Assembly (NCBI GenBank): GCA_021432655.1 | Contig: MU271522.1 | Span: forward strand, 1-50,871 | DNA: 50,871 nt | From: Atractiella rhizophila | Taxonomy: Eukaryota | Reading direction: 5' to 3' | In this document: positions 49,501-50,871 of the stretch, in pieces | Layout of the letters: every line of letters begins with the position of its first letter | Numbering within the stretch: position 1 is the stretch's first letter | Program-made: the position numbers and the translations under genes | The notes under the pieces: model-generated | Told to the model about the DNA's origin: nothing | The model's database searches: none | Seen by the model: the letters and a program-made list of their open reading frames with translations, nothing else

Positions 49501-49923
49501 GGATAAGGATAAAGAAGGAATATCAGCAGTCATGATCCAAGTCAATAAAAATCGACTCCTAGCCATCGAAGCGGCGGTTGTTCGGTTCGTCGCTCCTTCA
49601 TTTCACTCCTTCATTTCATTCATTCCCTATGTTCCCTTTAGGGTCATGAAATGTGCTAAACAGCTCACTCGACAAAGCTTAGTGGCGGTGGGTCCCATGG
49701 TACAAAGAGAATTAAGTAAACATTGTTCTGGGCCAGGATACGATCACTGCTCTTCATGCCCAATTCAGCCCTGCTGTGAAGGATATCAACATTGTCATCA
49801 GACGATTGGAGGAGAAGGAAATCTTGAAGAAGATTGATGGAGAAACTGAGAAGTTCGCTGTGAGTCAGTCAAACCCTTTTGCAATAACCTTGACTCTAGT
49901 TTGAACCGCAGTACGTGGCATAA
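46594..49923 (+). CDS. Divergent cullin (Cul1-like C-terminus), predicted to be fused to an N-terminal signal peptide and TM helices
   Basis: Cullin motifs: LVSAYIDEALRK, KDAFLELHARRLARRI, KIIRMLADI..SK.L..QF, AIVLS, LPKALE....EFNQFF, HLSTVEL, QAAILLLF, LNL.FASKKVRI, RLLAIEAAVVRVMK, F.P.V.DI...I..L.EKE.L, YVA*. About 14 GT-AG introns can be removed to give one open frame from ATG 46594. Confidence 0.8.
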
Positions 49924-49965
49924 CTCTGTGCAGCGCTCGCACAAACCATTTTAGAACGATGAGTT

Positions 49966-50016
49966 GAAAGGAGCATATCGTGGAAAGGAGCATGTCGTGG
50001 AAAGGAGCATGTCATG
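49966..50016. repeat. 17-bp tandem repeat x3
   Basis: GAAAGGAGCAT(A/G)TC(G/A)TG occurs three times just after the cullin stop. Confidence 0.9.
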
Positions 50017-50204
50017 ACGGAGGATCAGATCAAGCAAGAGAAGAGAATGTATTCACCAGTTGAATAAAAGACATCGAAGCTCGCAGGCACTTGGAATCAC
50101 AATCTGAAACCACAACAATTACCATCGCCAATATCCTGCTATCGGGCTGTGCGAGAGCATCATCTGTCACCTTAGACGGGAAAGACTGAGAACTCACAAA
50201 TTTT

Positions 50205-50870
50205 CTAAAACAGTCTCCAACGCATCTGTGCCATCTCTCCAGCATCCCTGCTGCTCTCAACATCCTCATCGCACGCTTCGCACCCCACGTTTCCAAGAAT
50301 GCAGGTTTGATTCCCCGTCCTCGTCCCGTCTCCATTTGCTTCGACCATAACCCACGAGGACAAGCCTAAAACCCGCAGAAAGAAGTCGAACATTTTCCAA
50401 CCCTCCAGATATCTCCAAACCGTACTCTCCCTCTTCGCTTCAAACGCAAGTCCGCTAGCAGGGCCTCTCTCAACGCTGTTGAACGATTCGGTGTCATCGG
50501 CAACATCTGAGACGTCCTCTCCCTCTTTGAGTGTGTCAGAAAACATATCCGCAAATCGTTGACGGAGAACAGCCACAGACGGAGCAACAAGGGCGCTAGA
50601 GACGTCGTCGCTTTCCTCACTCATATAGAAGGATGGAAGTGGATATGTGTTGTATAAGGACTCATCTTCTGCGAAAGAAGTTTCGTGGGCTCGAGGTTTG
50701 ACCATTCCATCTTCCTCGTCCGGCAGATCAACTGGAGGGTGAGGACTGTTTTGCGGAGGATTAACCGACGAACTGGTCGATTGGTTGAGCGATTGCACAG
50801 GTAAACGGGCTGGATGTTTGGTTGGAGGCTGGATTGGAGGTTGGGCTATTGGTTGGATTGGAAACTCAAC
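50205..50870 (-). CDS. Hypothetical P/S/acidic-rich protein, partial (runs off window)
   Basis: The minus-strand frame is open from the window end to 50205 (>220 codons); no domain recognised. Confidence 0.5.
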   Translation of the reverse strand, partial: VEFPIQPIAQPPIQPPTKHPARLPVQSLNQSTSSSVNPPQNSPHPPVDLPDEEDGMVKPRAHETSFAEDESLYNTYPLPSFYMSEESDDVSSALVAPSVAVLRQRFADMFSDTLKEGEDVSDVADDTESFNSVERGPASGLAFEAKRESTVWRYLEGWKMFDFFLRVLGLSSWVMVEANGDGTRTGNQTCILGNVGCEACDEDVESSRDAGEMAQMRWRLF

Positions 50871-50871
50871 G

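Overview
Intron-rich fungal genomic DNA, most likely basidiomycete (short GT..AG introns with CTRAY-like branch points). The first ~40 kb is a dynamic, paralog-rich accessory block. It holds four divergent BTB/POZ-protein genes, five copies of a DUF6533-type multi-TM receptor-like gene (3 apparently intact, 2 pseudogenes), a PEP2/SnoaL-like gene, and a tandem duplication with a small TIR element exactly at its junction. It also holds a fold-back MITE, an ~8.7 kb Plavaka-type transposon (CATCAGCAAA termini, TT flanks, C2H2-transposase plus accessory genes) and a decayed FOX2 fragment. The right end has a conserved peroxisomal ABCD half-transporter (PXA2-like), an intronless secreted protein and a highly divergent cullin gene. 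Manual splicing joins that cullin in frame to an N-terminal signal peptide plus transmembrane helices (46594-49923), giving a candidate membrane-anchored cullin that sits near expanded BTB adaptor and membrane receptor-like families. All gene models were spliced by eye, and some boundaries are approximate.
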